A stretch of DNA of 64,000 bases. It comes from Antedon mediterranea (taxonomy: Eukaryota; Animalia; Echinodermata). Each line of letters opens with the position of its first letter. Positions within the stretch are counted from its first letter, which is position 1. Under the pieces are notes generated by a model that was not told where the DNA came from, searched no databases, and saw nothing but the letters and a program-made list of their open reading frames with translations. The stretch covers positions 29,500,388-29,564,387 of the forward strand of contig NC_092670.1 of the NCBI RefSeq assembly GCF_964355755.1. Direction: 5' to 3'. Below, piece by piece: positions 40,466-54,877 of the stretch. Both the position numbers and the translations under genes were made by a program.

Positions 40466-42368
40466 GAAAATGTTGAGATTTATTATTATTATTATTTTCG
40501 AACCACGGATCAGTTAACCTTATTCACAAAAATCTAAACACTTTTCCAAAAAGCTGATTCTGCAATAGTACAATTAAATAACACCATGAAATCATTTTTC
40601 GTTTATTGGAATTAATAATAAATGTGTTACGTAATTTACAAATCAAATGGCAAGGATACAATCAGATGTACTTTAATGTGTTTTTATAAAATAATGTAAT
40701 TTAAAACATTGAACAAAAATTACCAGCATAAAGCTGGCCCACACACAACATACAATCACGCAATCCATGTTAAAATCTGACATTTCACACAGACGCTTTA
40801 ACAAATCTGAAATAATCCATATACAACTAAAAAGACCCATGTCATTGACGTATTACCTACTGGCTAATGAAACCGTGTCGGACTACTATTTCAGGATAGC
40901 AATTACTATAAAATGTTTTCCATAAAATGTTTTTTAAGTGTTTGGTCATTATTTCCTAAACAAGTGTCAACGTGGTATATTTCCAATTAATACTAATATG
41001 AAGAATCTGACACTATAGCTAATACCGTTCCGTGAAATATCCATACTCACGAATAAGATGCTAACAATAAAAACTTCATGATATTATATTCGGAAGTTTA
41101 AAATATATTTTGTATAATTGGATCTAATGGCTTGTCAGTTTATTAACACGATGGATATTTTAATCCACTTAGGCTTAACCGTTGATATTCAAAATTATTT
41201 TGCTGTATAGAACTGAATAATATAAAAACACGGGGAAATTGGATAAAAATTAATGTTTTTAGAAAGTGTTAAATAAATTATTATAATCAAATCTGACCTA
41301 CATTGTGGGTAAGGATATGTATGTTAGACTGAGCTGGAAATATCAGTAAGGGGGATGAATCTGAAACCTCCTACAAGACAAGAGACTACATTTTAATAAC
41401 AATAGTTTAATGTTCACTGAAGCTAGCGTGTTTTTTAAAACCAACTTTTAGTCTATAGTGTTCTTTATTTTTTAAACAAATGTCTTGTATCAATACTATT
41501 ATTAGGCCTACTTTATACATAATTCTATGTTATGTATTAGATTTCCCTTCGTCCACTCATACATTTAATACTGTATCTATTAGTTTAGGAATAGGCATTA
41601 AAGAAACATTAATCAAATCTAACTCTGATTTTCAATTAATATCAGCAAATCGTACTGTATATCAGGGAAATGTACTCTAACTCTTATCTGATTATTATAT
41701 GTAAACCTAATCAGGGTTTGCGACTATAATTATGAATAATGATTTATTTTAGGTTATTATACTAATATTTAGATTAGACCTACCGAAATTAAACAAAGAA
41801 TGAAAAAGTGAAAGTACAACAATAAGATATAGCAATTAACATTTTAAAAGAAAGTAATTTATGTCTTTCCCAAACATACAGAGTATGTTATAAACTAAAT
41901 GTATACGCAACATATAACTATCTCATAAAACAAAATTTATATTATTTTTTAAACGCAAGATACTGAGATGCCGTGCGTGTTACTAATACAGTGAGCACGC
42001 TATTGTATAATATTATTTACGTCTTAAAACGAAAAGTAAAATCACAAGGAACCTTGGAAGCCGATTAATAATAATATCTTTCATATTTAAAATCAAACAG
42101 TGCTTTGATTTAATAATATTAACAATGATACCATATTAGTACAGAACGAAGACAGACTAATAATAAAGAATTGATGAATACAAGTTTGAATGTCAAATGC
42201 ATCACTCCATTTAAAATTATGTTATTCCTTTCCTTTACAATCCGCATTAAACATTTTCATTTATGCAACAAAAATACTATTCTTTGAAAATGAAACTTAT
42301 TCTGATAAGAATATGTAATAATAGTTAAACTAATTCAAGTACTACAAAAATATCTACAAATATCTTAC

Positions 42369-42450
42369 CTCTTAAGTTTTGTTTATTGTCACTTCGGTCT
42401 GAGTCTAAGATTTGCTTATTCGAATTAATACCAGTCGCCGGTTTTATATA
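42369..42450 (-). promoter_or_regulatory. TATA box and short non-coding first exon candidate
   Basis: Minus-strand TATATAAAA at 42442-42450, then ~50 nt of ATG-free sequence after the expected TSS (~42420), ending in a consensus donor GAG|GTAAGA at 42369/42368. Confidence 0.5.
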
Positions 42451-45400
42451 CTTCAAGATTGAGGGCGATATGTTTCCTGTTCCGTTATTTGATCCAAGAC
42501 ACGTCGCTATTTGTTATTCCCACGTAATTTATACGCTACGCATTTAACTTTTATTTGTGTTTTCTAAAAAAAGATGTTGTTGCTATAATAATTATTTCTA
42601 CAAACAAATACGCCCAGAAACTCAACCGATACAAATTGATAGACATTCTATCATTGTGGCAGGTGTACTCAGCACTATTATTCTATTTTATATTAATACG
42701 TTGAATGTAGGATAAAAGTTATTGGACGAAAAGTAGTCATTATTTAGTAATTTATTGAGTATCAAATATTAGATTAAATTTATATTGCTTTTCGTCTGTT
42801 ATGATTATTTATAAATAATTCAAAATTCATCATTAAAATCAAACAGCAACATGTTCAACAGTTTACAGATATATTGATTAAGTTTAATTTCTTCTTAATT
42901 AATTACAGCTGGTATGTAGACCTATGAGGGCGTAAACTTACTTCGGTTTTCTCTCTATGTTTGTAATGCAAATCAAGTGGGTAACTAAGTAGGGTGAAAC
43001 ACCTTTCGCACCTCCCACACCAAGAGCACCATCTACGTACCCGAATTAAATGTTTCGTCATTTTAAATCGAAGCATAAATATTTAAAATGTGATTACATC
43101 GTAGGAAGCCAGTTTTAAATGTTTCAAAAGACTGCAAAATAGTATAGGCAAATAATAGTGATATGAGGATCCATCCGAGGGATATCCATCGTTTTACAGC
43201 TTCGAACATGATTTTAAAAGCGTACTTAACGTACTTAACCCTCAGATGTTTAACCTAACACCTAGATAATCAACCTATCCCCTAAATAATCATTGCAAAT
43301 TAAAGGAGTTTTTATATTATTTAGGAATAGCTCTCTAGAGGAATGTTATTTTTTATTACGATACATACTTTTTAAATTATATCATTAATTGCATAAAACA
43401 CATAAATGAATCGTATAAGAATCCAAAAAACCTACCAATCGATTAACCAACATTTAACTTGCATACAAAATGCTATTAATTTCTCAAACTCTTGATTCTT
43501 TACTCTTTGATAATTAAACAAAGACAAACCGTTTCCTAATGAAAAATGTTGCTCTGCCATTTTCCGGAAGCTGATGTCACTGTTGCTTAAATAGAACGGG
43601 TTCTTGATTTATTGTAATTTTTGCAATTTCCCTTTTAAAATAAGTGTCTTTTCAATGACTGAAAATTAGTTTTTCTAAGTAAAGCACTTTGTGTTTATTG
43701 TTTTGATATTGTTAATTTTTGAATCATTAATACGCATCACAGCTATATTGATTTCCTGATACTTCCGTCAAAATGTCAATAAACTTAGCCTATTATATTA
43801 CTAATTATCATGGGGCAAATATACATCCATACTCATTCCTACATGGTAGAAATTCCTTCTTACTTCATGACTAGGCGGGAAAATGTCAAACAATAGTAGT
43901 TTAATTGTACTCTTCTTGGTAGATTTATACATAAATACAAATGTAAATGATTAGCAAACGTTAGGTTATTGCCAGGAATAAGAAAATATATGCCTACTGA
44001 ATTATTACAAACACATGGTGTTTTAATTTTCAATAATTTACGTTTGATATTTTCAAGATTCTATTAAACATCATGACCTGAAAACTACGTATGCATTTCT
44101 AATCTCACTTAATCCAATCCTTTCAAGAGTGCTAGACACCTTACTTTACTTTCTACTACGCATCTAATTGATTTTTAAACCCTTCTCGTCGTGCGTTATT
44201 TCTTTGGTAAACCGCATTGCCAAAACTACTTCAAATTCAATTCCTGGCAATAACCTAACTTTTACTATAATCATCTACATTTTTGTGCATCAAAACGTTT
44301 GAATTTTAAGGATGCGCTGTCAATCATTATTTATAAAGATTGACTCAATAGTTTAATATACCTGATATTATTGCTATGTATAGATCATGTAGACGAAGGT
44401 GATAATTATTATAATGTTTGCTCTTTGAAAACAAATAATGTAGAAGAATCTTTTCAAATTGCTGGTCCATTTTAGAATTGTAATATTTAGGCTAAATTTT
44501 TAAAATAATCTTTATGGGTTGTACTGAAAACCGATGGTGTTTCAAATGTTTATATTATGGCATACTTTCTATTTTAATTTATATTTTCTAAGATGAAGCT
44601 ATAATAAGTTGTTGTTTTCAGGGCGTTTGTCCAAAGTGAGTGACAATATTTTTTAAGTGTAATCGGAACTCTGATTTTCCGTCTATCGGCTTGACAAATA
44701 AACATTAAACACTTTTTTGCTGGAACTTTAGGCCTATTTTCCGCAATCGTAGTAAAGACAATTAATGCAAACCCGATACAGAATCCAATAGTAAAATGAT
44801 TTGCATTGTACCGACCTTTCTCAAAAACATAATAAACATTTAATTTATAGATTATTCATACCATTACCATCATTACATCAGCACGTGATTCTCGCTACTG
44901 TATGTAGCTTCCGACACAGTATCATAGGAACATTCTGTAATACAGCATCACATGTGTTGCACATATATCAGCTAGTATCATAGAACATGGTAAGCTAACT
45001 CTTAAAGTGGTTAGTGGAGCTCCATCCAGAACATTTCTATTTTTAATACATTTCAGGCTGTTATTTAAAAATATCATCCTTCATAAAAAAAAATTGTTTT
45101 AAATGTGTACGATTTTCTTGAAAATGACGTCTTTTCGCGATTTGGGGGGATACCTTGTAATTTCCTATTCTTTTACATGCAAAAGAGGAGTATATTTGAA
45201 TAATCCTAACACATTTCTTCAGCAAAAAAAATCTTTTTTTCTAGATCTTTCTATTTCTGGTTATATTATTATTATTTTATATTGAGTATACATTACCCAA
45301 TTTTAGTTATTGCTTGTTAGGGTCAATTGGGCTTTTTAATATGCTACCTGTAAGGAGTATGACCACGTTAAATCTTTCACTGGCATGGCGATCTGTTCTT

Positions 45401-48400
45401 GTCGTGATGTTGTTTCTGATGTGTGAAAAGTATATTTAAACACTCTGGATGTGACTCTATCATGTTTTCACTGTGTAATTATAAGACTATTACTAAAATG
45501 TTAAATTTAACGAAATCTGAGAAGGACGTGGCTAAATATTCAATAAAGCTAGGCCTACTATGTATTACTGATGCTGCTTGGCCTATCTAGGCTGATATTA
45601 ACCTTACAGCATTGGAGTTTGTTCTGGCACCCAGCCCCGGACTACCCATGCGGCTCTCAGGAAACCACAAGGTTTGTATGAACAATTATTAGTTTAAAAA
45701 AGTATTACAAATGAAAAATAGCATGAAATATATAATTTACTCATGATTTGTTTGTAAATAAAATACAGTGTAAGTCATAAAAATACAATTAAAAGGTAGC
45801 TCCGGGTATAAGGTTGTTTATAATAAACAGTTGCAACAACATTAATACATTTTTCATCAGCGGTATATCAAAAGCCCTTTGGAACTTCTGCATTACCACT
45901 GACGAAGGTGGGTTATTATCAATGGTGTTTATATTTGAGGCCTATAATAATCTATACAAAATGTTCCCCTTTAACCATTGTAACGTACGGTCAACATAAT
46001 GTAGAAAGTTAGACGATTTTCGATAAATTGCTGCTGATCTTCATTATGAATATTAATATATACTAAAATATATATAAACATAGAAGTTGAGATTGATCAA
46101 GTAGGTAAATAAACATCATCGATCAATTATAAACATTAATAACTGTTTTGAAACTGAAAGTAGGTCAAGTCTGACGTTTAAATAACTACTGTTAACATAC
46201 TAAAACACCCTATTCATATCCATCGATCAAATGTATCAGGTATTGGAATAAATAAAGTAGTTGTCACCAAACTGTCGGCTTACTTTTGTGCACCTTGTCT
46301 TTTAGGGCGATATGTAAAAAATGCACGCGTTTACATGTTTGGAGCCAGACGATATAATTGACTGTTTTAGTGAAACATAACACAGTGCCCGGATGTCAAA
46401 GCGTTTTAAATTGTATAGTGATCGATGTTCTTTCAATGCTTCAAGCTCAATTTCTTCTAATTTGAAGACATATTTCTTTCTTTTGAACATTATCAATACC
46501 AAATCTCCTTCTATTTAAGCTATAAAACGTGGATTTATTTGAATTATTTATTTTTGCAGCACCATTGTTTACTAACAATACCATGGTCGATCTGACATAG
46601 AGAGTACTACTAGCCCTCAGTAGCCCTATAACGCCATTGAGCCCCAATCATATTTCATACAAACATCTTTAGACTGAATGTGTTCACTTTACAATAGATC
46701 TGGAACTATGGAAACGGATCTATACAATAATAAGAAAGAAAGGTTGGTAAGATGTTTTGCTACTGTGACGTGATTTACTGTAAAATCTTTATATTACATG
46801 TATATGTCAATAAAACTGGGAATATGAAGTTAAAAAACATGTTTAGGCCTACGTTACTAGCAAACTAAAATATGAACATAAAGCCAATGAATGAAATTAA
46901 AGCGAGTTCCTCCTACACTGGTGACATCACTAAATATTATTTAATGGATACTACGTCTCGATGCTCCAAGAAACACAACCTTTAGGAAAACAAAAGTTAA
47001 GTAGCAAAACCAAACCTAATTTGTGTAAATTCTATGGCCGTGTTTCCGCAGCCAAAAATTAACTAATAATTAACCCGATGGTGGAAAAATGGTTCAACCG
47101 ATTCTGCTCGAGAAAAATTAAGCGATAATTATCTAATTCAAATCAAATAATTATCGGATAAATGTGATAAGTTTTAACCTTTGACATGAAGGACCAAACG
47201 TTGCGTTGTAATTAGGCACTTGGTTTTTCGGTAATGACTAGACATGCGCACTTTAATTTTGTATTCATTATTATTATTAATAAAAATTATTTTGAAAAAT
47301 GTATGGCTGTGAAACACACCGTACTTATAATATGCATAACACTGTTGTGCAAAATAGTGATAATTTCCACTAAATCACGATTATTGATTAAAAGCTGTTT
47401 TATTGAAAAGCAGTATATTTATTGTGTATTTTATTTCAGCTTCCTATGGTTAAAGTAATTCTAGACACACTACTCAGGGTATAATGATTTATAATCTATC
47501 GAAACAGCTAGAAGAAATTATTTCCCAATAATAGAATAGCGATTAGAGTATTTTATGGGAAAGTGTTTACATCCGTCTATAAATAATTGCCGCAAAGATG
47601 AATTCATAAACTACTATTTCAAAAAATGACATCAATTCAGTTTGTCAGTCTGAATTAACTTTTGATTTGATAATATTATTCAGTCATTACTGCGAATTGT
47701 ATTTTGAAACTTATCTAAATTGGTGATTTGGCACCTGTATTTAAACGGATAGAGTAGAGAATCGTTTCGAAGTAATTGTAGCCAGAAGCGGGGTTTTATT
47801 ATTAGCAAAACAATAGATTTATATACGTTTGACGATCACGAATATAATGTTTATTTATAGACTTCATCTTATTGTAAGAAGACGCGGTAGAGGAGAAAAG
47901 GAGCAACTTGAGTGGATTTGAGTGCCCTTTTGTTTATCTAGAGTTTATTGAAATTTGATGAGCTGAGCAAGTTAATTTAATCCATTGTAGATACTAATTA
48001 TTTCACTGTCAATCTTGAAACATGGCAGTGGAGATGCAAGGTTTAAAAGACAAAACGGAGTTACATCGATACTCAATACAACGTTCAACTGAATTGCAAA
48101 ATAAATTAATATTGAATGCATCTAACAGGTCCCTAATAATCGTTAGTTATCAATAAAAGGTAACAAAATGTGTATTACATTGTTGATTAGAACAATATCG
48201 AGCATATCATTATTAATGTAAGACTTGGTCTTTGATTAAAGTTTGAAAGCAACAAGTGAAACTCGAGTTCTAACAAGGAATATGTGTGGATTTTTGAGAA
48301 AATATGCAAAATTGTCATCCCAGATGAGAATTGAACTTTATTTATAGTAATTTATAAATAAACGATTAAATTAAATCGTAGACTATAAAATCGGTGACTC

Positions 48401-48749
48401 CATATAAAGGTCTCAATTAATTGTTGCTGTTTACACCGATATTAATAATATCATGGAGGTATAAAAAAGATATATACCTCCATGATAATATTTACCTATA
48501 TGTTACTTTTGTTTAACGCTGATAGATTTTTGTAACATCAATATATTAGAAACATACTTATATCGTAATTATTGTTAACTTACCGTATTTATTCGAGAAA
48601 AGGCGTTTATTCGAATGAGGTTTTCGGGTGTAATATGGTAACATGTATATTTAAACAAATACCCCCTAGATATTTACAAATACAACACGATTAATATTGA
48701 GAAAGTGATAAAATAAAGTACAAAATCAAAATGCTTGGTAAATTGTAGA

Positions 48750-49153
48750 TAACAACAAAATCAACAGCAGCAGTAACAGCAGCAGCAACAGCAGCAGCAA
48801 CAACAGCATCAACAGCAGCAGCAACAACAGCAGCAACAACAGAATCAACAGCAGCAGTAACAACACCAACAACAGCAGCAACATCAGCAGCAACAACAGC
48901 AGCAACAGCAGCAGTAACAACAACACCAACAACAACAGCAGCAACAACAGCAGCAACAACAGCAGTAACAACACCAACAACAGCAGCAACATCAGCAGCA
49001 ACAACAGCAGCAGTAACAACACCAACAACAGCAGCAACATCAGCAGCAACAACAGCAGCAACAGCAGCAGTAACAACAACACCAACAACAACAGCAGCAA
49101 CAACAGCAACAGCAACAACAACAGCTGCTGCAACAACAACAATAATAATAATA
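48750..49153. repeat. Compound (CAG/CAA/AAC)n trinucleotide microsatellite, ~400 bp
   Basis: Visible directly; explains the poly-Leu ORF 48726-49187. Confidence 0.95.
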
Positions 49154-49913
49154 ACGAGGAAGATTCCACAAACAATATAGTTATCATTATTTTATTGATG
49201 AGTAAAATGTTACTATACTGTCAAAAGGTGAGATTCTGAAAACTGACAGCCGCCTTTATAGCTAAGTACATAATTTACCAACTTTTCATCATTTAGATGA
49301 GTGACCAAGTAAAATTGACCGAGACGAATAAAAGCAGGCCCATACAGATAAACAGATCAGATTAATAAATGTTTCGAAGAATTGACCTAATGGTAAACAC
49401 AATTCATTTTATTGAGAACAGAAATGTTAGTGAGTACACTCTCCACTTATAATGATGTCATAAAACCGTTTATGTCGTAGATGAGAACGGCAGTGTGCCA
49501 ACAACAATCACTTATAAAACACTTTGAGTGAATTTCACCTAGATTCCTTCTACTAGGATTATACTTCTGAGTAATTGTGTGATGAAATGTTTAGCAATAA
49601 TCATTACTATGCATCCTATAAAACGGTATATCACGGCAAGAAGTCCTCCCTTTATGGTAATTAGTAATTAAGATCTTCTAGACGATAATGAGATTAATTA
49701 AAATGTAAGTGGACTGTTAATTGATATTATTTATAATATTGTGCGTAAAAGCACGGGATACTTCTTTGAACCAAACGTCACGAACTTGCAGTAAGTAACC
49801 TATCTCTTAGATACCGGCTTTCTCAATCGTGTTAGGAAGGGTGTTAATACTAGGCCTTCAAATCTCTTTAAAAAAAAATACACAATGAAAAGAACTTCTA
49901 GGATGTTAGTGTT

Positions 49914-50240
49914 GAATACGGCTTTACCACGTTGAAACACCGTTCTCGTTAGATCACCGAAGTTAAGCAACGTTGGGCCTGTTTGGAGCTTGGATGGGAG
50001 ACCATCTGGGAATATCGGGTGCTGTATATGGAGCTGGGGTCAGGCATTTGAAATCAGCACTGCTGACTCTTATGGCAGCCCCTTCATCTAGTAACTGCCT
50101 AAGACATATTGGCTTATTCCTTTCCTCTGGTCAAGGTGGGCACTGGACGAGAGAAGCCCTTGATCAATGTTAGGACTGATCAAGTTGCTTTAAACAGTCC
50201 TGGCGGCTTTGTTTGTATCAATAGTCAATCAATAATAATA
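49914..50240 (+). mobile_element. 5S rRNA-derived SINE (SINE3-like) or 5S pseudogene with a unique body
   Basis: 49914-50029 aligns to metazoan 5S rRNA (ACCACGTTGAAA..TTCTCGT..GATCACCGAAGTTAAGCAACGT..TGGATGGG.GACC..CTGGGAATA.CGGGTGCTGTA) with substitutions. There is no oligo-T terminator; a ~200-bp body and an (AAT)n tail follow. Confidence 0.75.
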
Positions 50241-53079
50241 GGCCACAAATCTCAATGATTAATATGTATCTTCATTTTACCTTTCATGCTATCGTTTATT
50301 CTCATGGACTAGCATTAAACGTATAATTCCCTTATGAAACATTTATTATTAATTTGAGTCAACTTGAAACGTGAACGTATTTCTAATCTAAATTAATGTC
50401 ACGTTTTAGTTGGTTCACTTTGTCTCAATAAAATTGCGTTTAAGGTTTTACAAGGGCCATGTGGTGCCACTTAACGTGATAGCGTGAGTAGATTTCATGT
50501 ACATTGATATATTAAAAGACATAAATTCTTAGAAAAGATATCTTTACTCTAATCAACATGTTAATCGAAAATAAAAGATATGACAAATCAGCTAGTGATT
50601 GCCATTGAAGATAAATCACTCGATGTTTGTTATCGTTGTTAATATTTGTATATGAAAGAGAGGACACCGTGAATGGGATGAGGATATAGGAGCAACAAGA
50701 GCATCGATAATGGTCCAAGGAGCAAACCTCTACCTGGAGGTTGGGGGTGGTACAATAAGTAATAGTCACAGTTCTTGTAATTCCTGAATAGAAGAAAAAA
50801 ACATTTAGTTTAGTTAGCTCTTCGTTTTGACATGTATCCGGAAAAACGTCTCCATGGAATACTCTACCCCGGGTCCAAATCACCTCCAAAAATAAAACTA
50901 ACCTACGAATAACTATCTATTGAAGCGTTACCACTCCCTTTTAAAAAATTATCTAGCGGTAGTAGAATCTGAAAATCATCAATATTAAAAAAAAAGTATA
51001 ACAGCTAATTTATTTTGGCATCATCTAAATAGATCCCAATGTCGTTTAATTGATGTACAATACAAGGAGATGATGACTATACTTCTATACAATTGAATTG
51101 GTTAGGAAATCGTTACAAACTGTTTGTGAGGCTACTTTTACGTGTCTATGTTATATATGTAATAATTTTTCAACTAAAAGTAAAATTTTCGAAACATTAG
51201 CTAAATTTATAATACTATAATTATGCCATATTAGATTTTAAAAGCATTAAAGGGTATTGACTATGGTCTATCCCAATGTGCGCTAGATATTAGGTGCAGT
51301 TTAGGTGTTGACCTTGTTCTAACACGACAGTGTCACTACTTGTTCTATATTTTAAAAATGCTCTTTATTTAGTATCTCAGGTAATACAAATGAAGATAAA
51401 ATGTGTTTAAATTCACTTAATATTACATTAGGACTGTAAGGAGAGTTCAGTTGAAATGTATTTACTACTAGTTTGTATAATACGATTTTAGATAGATATA
51501 GCTAAAAATATATGTGCAAACATTTTTTTTCAATATATACACGTTTAACTCCACCACCACAGAAACAAAGGGTGATGGTGCAATGAAACAATCACACTAT
51601 AATAATAATAGACCACAAATAATTTATGAATGATTACATTTCAGAGCCTGAAGTATTACAAGGTTTGGAATTTGTAGATTAGAAGGAGTCCGTATTGAGA
51701 AGTGTATCAACAGAAAAGAAAGAAACCAATCGGGGTGGCCTGATTGTGTGTGAAATACATAAAATGCAGTCAAAGACTATAATAGAAAATCGAAGGGAAG
51801 AATCTGAAATACGTAGATGTGAAGGAAAACATGTTTTAAAGCGGATAGCTCTTTCTTCACATGTCATTGGCTACATTTTTTGTTATAAACTTTGTGACAT
51901 TAAGCAAAAGATCGAGACAAATTTTAATATGAAAATGTTTATGTATGATTATTTATTACAGTTACTCAGACAATTATAGTTTAAATTAAAGGCGTAATTG
52001 TTTTCACGATAAACATAGTGATCAAATTTATGATATTTTATTTGATAAATAATGTTTTCATAACTAAGCTAGTGAAAACAAATATATAAATCTGATCCTA
52101 ATTGTGTTTTATTTGTCACAGATTGTGGGCTTCAAAGGCCTATAGATATTAGGTTGGAAAGAGTGAATGATGCCACGCCAGTGTAACTGTATAATGTGTG
52201 GTGTTTTTACTGTCTGCAGTGTGATTTTTTACTTTAACAAAACTGCTTACACAATGTCCATTAGTGTTAAATCTTATTATTCTTATTATTATTCTTGTTA
52301 TTTTTTTTGTTATTTCTAAACGTTATGTCCCATTACTATTGTAATAACAGCGAAAATTTGTCACCGACACTGTCATAGTGACCCAAGCTTTCTACAATAT
52401 AAGCCTAGGCCTTGTATCACCCACTAACGTAACATTACCCACAAATGTAACACAAATCAATGATTAACATAACAATTCCATTAACCACTAACGTAACAAC
52501 AGTTTTTAGTGGTTAAAACCACTAACGCAACAAACTTCATTAACTTCACTAACGTAAGAAAATGTAACCACTAAAACGTAACAAACAGTTATGATGTTAA
52601 GATAGTCAATTCTTAAAAGTCTTTCTTTCGACTTCAACATGGTTTGTGTCGACGCCCGTTCATTTGTACGTTTTTCAGTTATCGTGAACTGTTGTTCGAT
52701 AGAAAGTTGGGTTGAATTCTTTTTTTTTTTAAACCTCTAGTCTATATTTCAGTCCGTCAATTATCTATGTTTTAATCGTTTCGCATGAACGTTGATATTT
52801 TACTGTGTACTTTGTGTGTCTGTACAATTTAATTGGAAGAACGCATTAAGCCAAACACATAGTTTTGCACCAAAAACCCTATACTGAACATAGTTATCAC
52901 AGTTAGGACGTTTTCGGTTGCTGTTAGTTTTACATTAGTGGTTGATTGTTACGTTAGTGTGTGATATTTAAGACATCAGTTCAGTGGAAATCTGTAAAAT
53001 ACCATATTAATAGGGAGCTTCAATTTGCGATGAGTATTATGACTCTATTATTACGTCATATTAATTCATTGGAAACAAC

Positions 53080-54310
53080 ATTTTTTTTAATTTCATTTAT
53101 ATGGCGCTTTTACAAAGCGCCTTACAGACAAAACAAATGCAAGAAACACAAGATACACAACATCACAAACCTTAAATAAAAAATATAAGATACACAAAAG
53201 AAAAGGCAATTCAGGCCTGCTATGGATACTGACGTCATCGGGCGAGTCACTTAATTATCCCAAACTGGATCTTAAGTTTACTTGTAAAAAGTGAATGTAA
53301 GGGTTACTTACGAATTTCAAGGGCCAGTTCGTTCCAATATTGAGGTCGAAAACGAACTGCTAGGCATTAAAATTGTTTGCGACATCCCACCAAAAAGCGA
53401 ATTACAATAGTCTATGCGACTTAAAACTAAAAAACTGAACAACATTAGTCAGGCAATATTATCAATAGACTTACGATTACGATATAAATTTCTTAAATAG
53501 AAATTAGATACATGCTCATCCATTTTTAGGTGTTTATCAAGGAATACACCAATATTTTTAACAACCTTTGACGGACGCAAAACTGCTTCGCCAATTTGGA
53601 GCTCAATGTTAAGGGCATTACAATTAAATCGTGGGGTGAAAACACAATCATCTCCGTTTTGTTAATTTTAGATTGTCACGCATCCAATCTTTTAATCTAT
53701 TAATTCTCGTCAACATCAGTAGCTGATTTGGGATTGCAGTTAATATAAATGTGCGTATCATCTGCGTATAGATGAAACTCCACTCCAGCATCTCTAAGAA
53801 TACTGGATAACGGTTGTGTGTATGTCCAGAATAGACTGGGGCTAATTACGGACTCTTGGGGGACTCCAAACTCCAGTGGGAAGCTATCAGCATTAGAGCC
53901 AAGTACAGAAACTTTACACTCCCGTCCACACACATAGGTTTCAAACCAACTAAGGGCTCCATCTGTAATGCAATAAACATTTTTTTAGCCTGTTCAGAAG
54001 GATTGTGTGGCCAAGGGTATCAAACGCTGCGCTGAAATCTAACATCACATGAATTACAATATTTCCTTTTTCTAGTTCACCTAATAATCTGATTTAATCC
54101 TAATTAATGCAGTCTCAGTGCTGTGACCTGATTTATAAGTTGATTGTAAACCTCATTCATGTCATTTAGCGCAAGATGTTTTTAAAATTGTTTATGTGCG
54201 GGATATTCGAGTTTGAGACCGGCCTAAAATTAGCCAAAATGTTTGCGTCGAAAGATTATTTTTTAATTACAGGTGTTATCATAGCAGTGCGAAGCTGCGA
54301 GGGGATTTAT
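53080..54310 (-). mobile_element. Degenerate L2/CR1-group LINE RT fragment with 3' end
   Basis: DFSAAFDTL, GVPQESVISPSLF, HLYADDT and LGVFLDKHL-like motifs; many stops and frameshifts. Confidence 0.85.
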
Positions 54311-54877
54311 ATCCCTTTTATATACTTTGATAACAACACGTTACTGTATACATAATGCATGGGCGAACGGGTTCCGAATCTGCTTTTGCTTGGTACTTAC
54401 TACAACCAAATTACCAAGGCTTTTGTCAAATCAACCTAAAGTTAAAATTAATTTGCTTTTATGGAATGTAATTGATTCCGGTATTGGCCGAGTAAAACAC
54501 GGCTATAATAATGTAATTAAAGAATGTTTATCTAAATGATCAATCATTGTATTAAAAATAGGCTGTTACTAAAAGAGGTCGACTTGGAAATTATTGATTG
54601 TTGTGAAATACATTACGATGCATTTTAACAATATTTAATACGGTTGAAGGAAACGACACGTACCGCTCAACAAAAAAAAACCATATATAATTAATAGGGG
54701 GCGTACTACTGTAATTGGTCAAAGCAATAATATTCATTGCATACATACACGCACGTGTGCTTCATCGTGTTTGTAATTTAAAAACTTGTGATGGTTACCA
54801 GTAGACAAACATTCACTTGGCTGATAAAAAAATAAAAAAAATAAATACCCCAAAACAATCGACCAATCATTAATAAT

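Noticed and set aside
48726-49187. 153-aa poly-Leu ORF or polyQ protein
   Set aside because: It is the translation of a microsatellite embedded in a TE-derived repeat.
49914-50029. Functional 5S rRNA gene
   Set aside because: Multiple substitutions and indels, degenerate terminal stem, no oligo-T terminator, and not in a tandem array.
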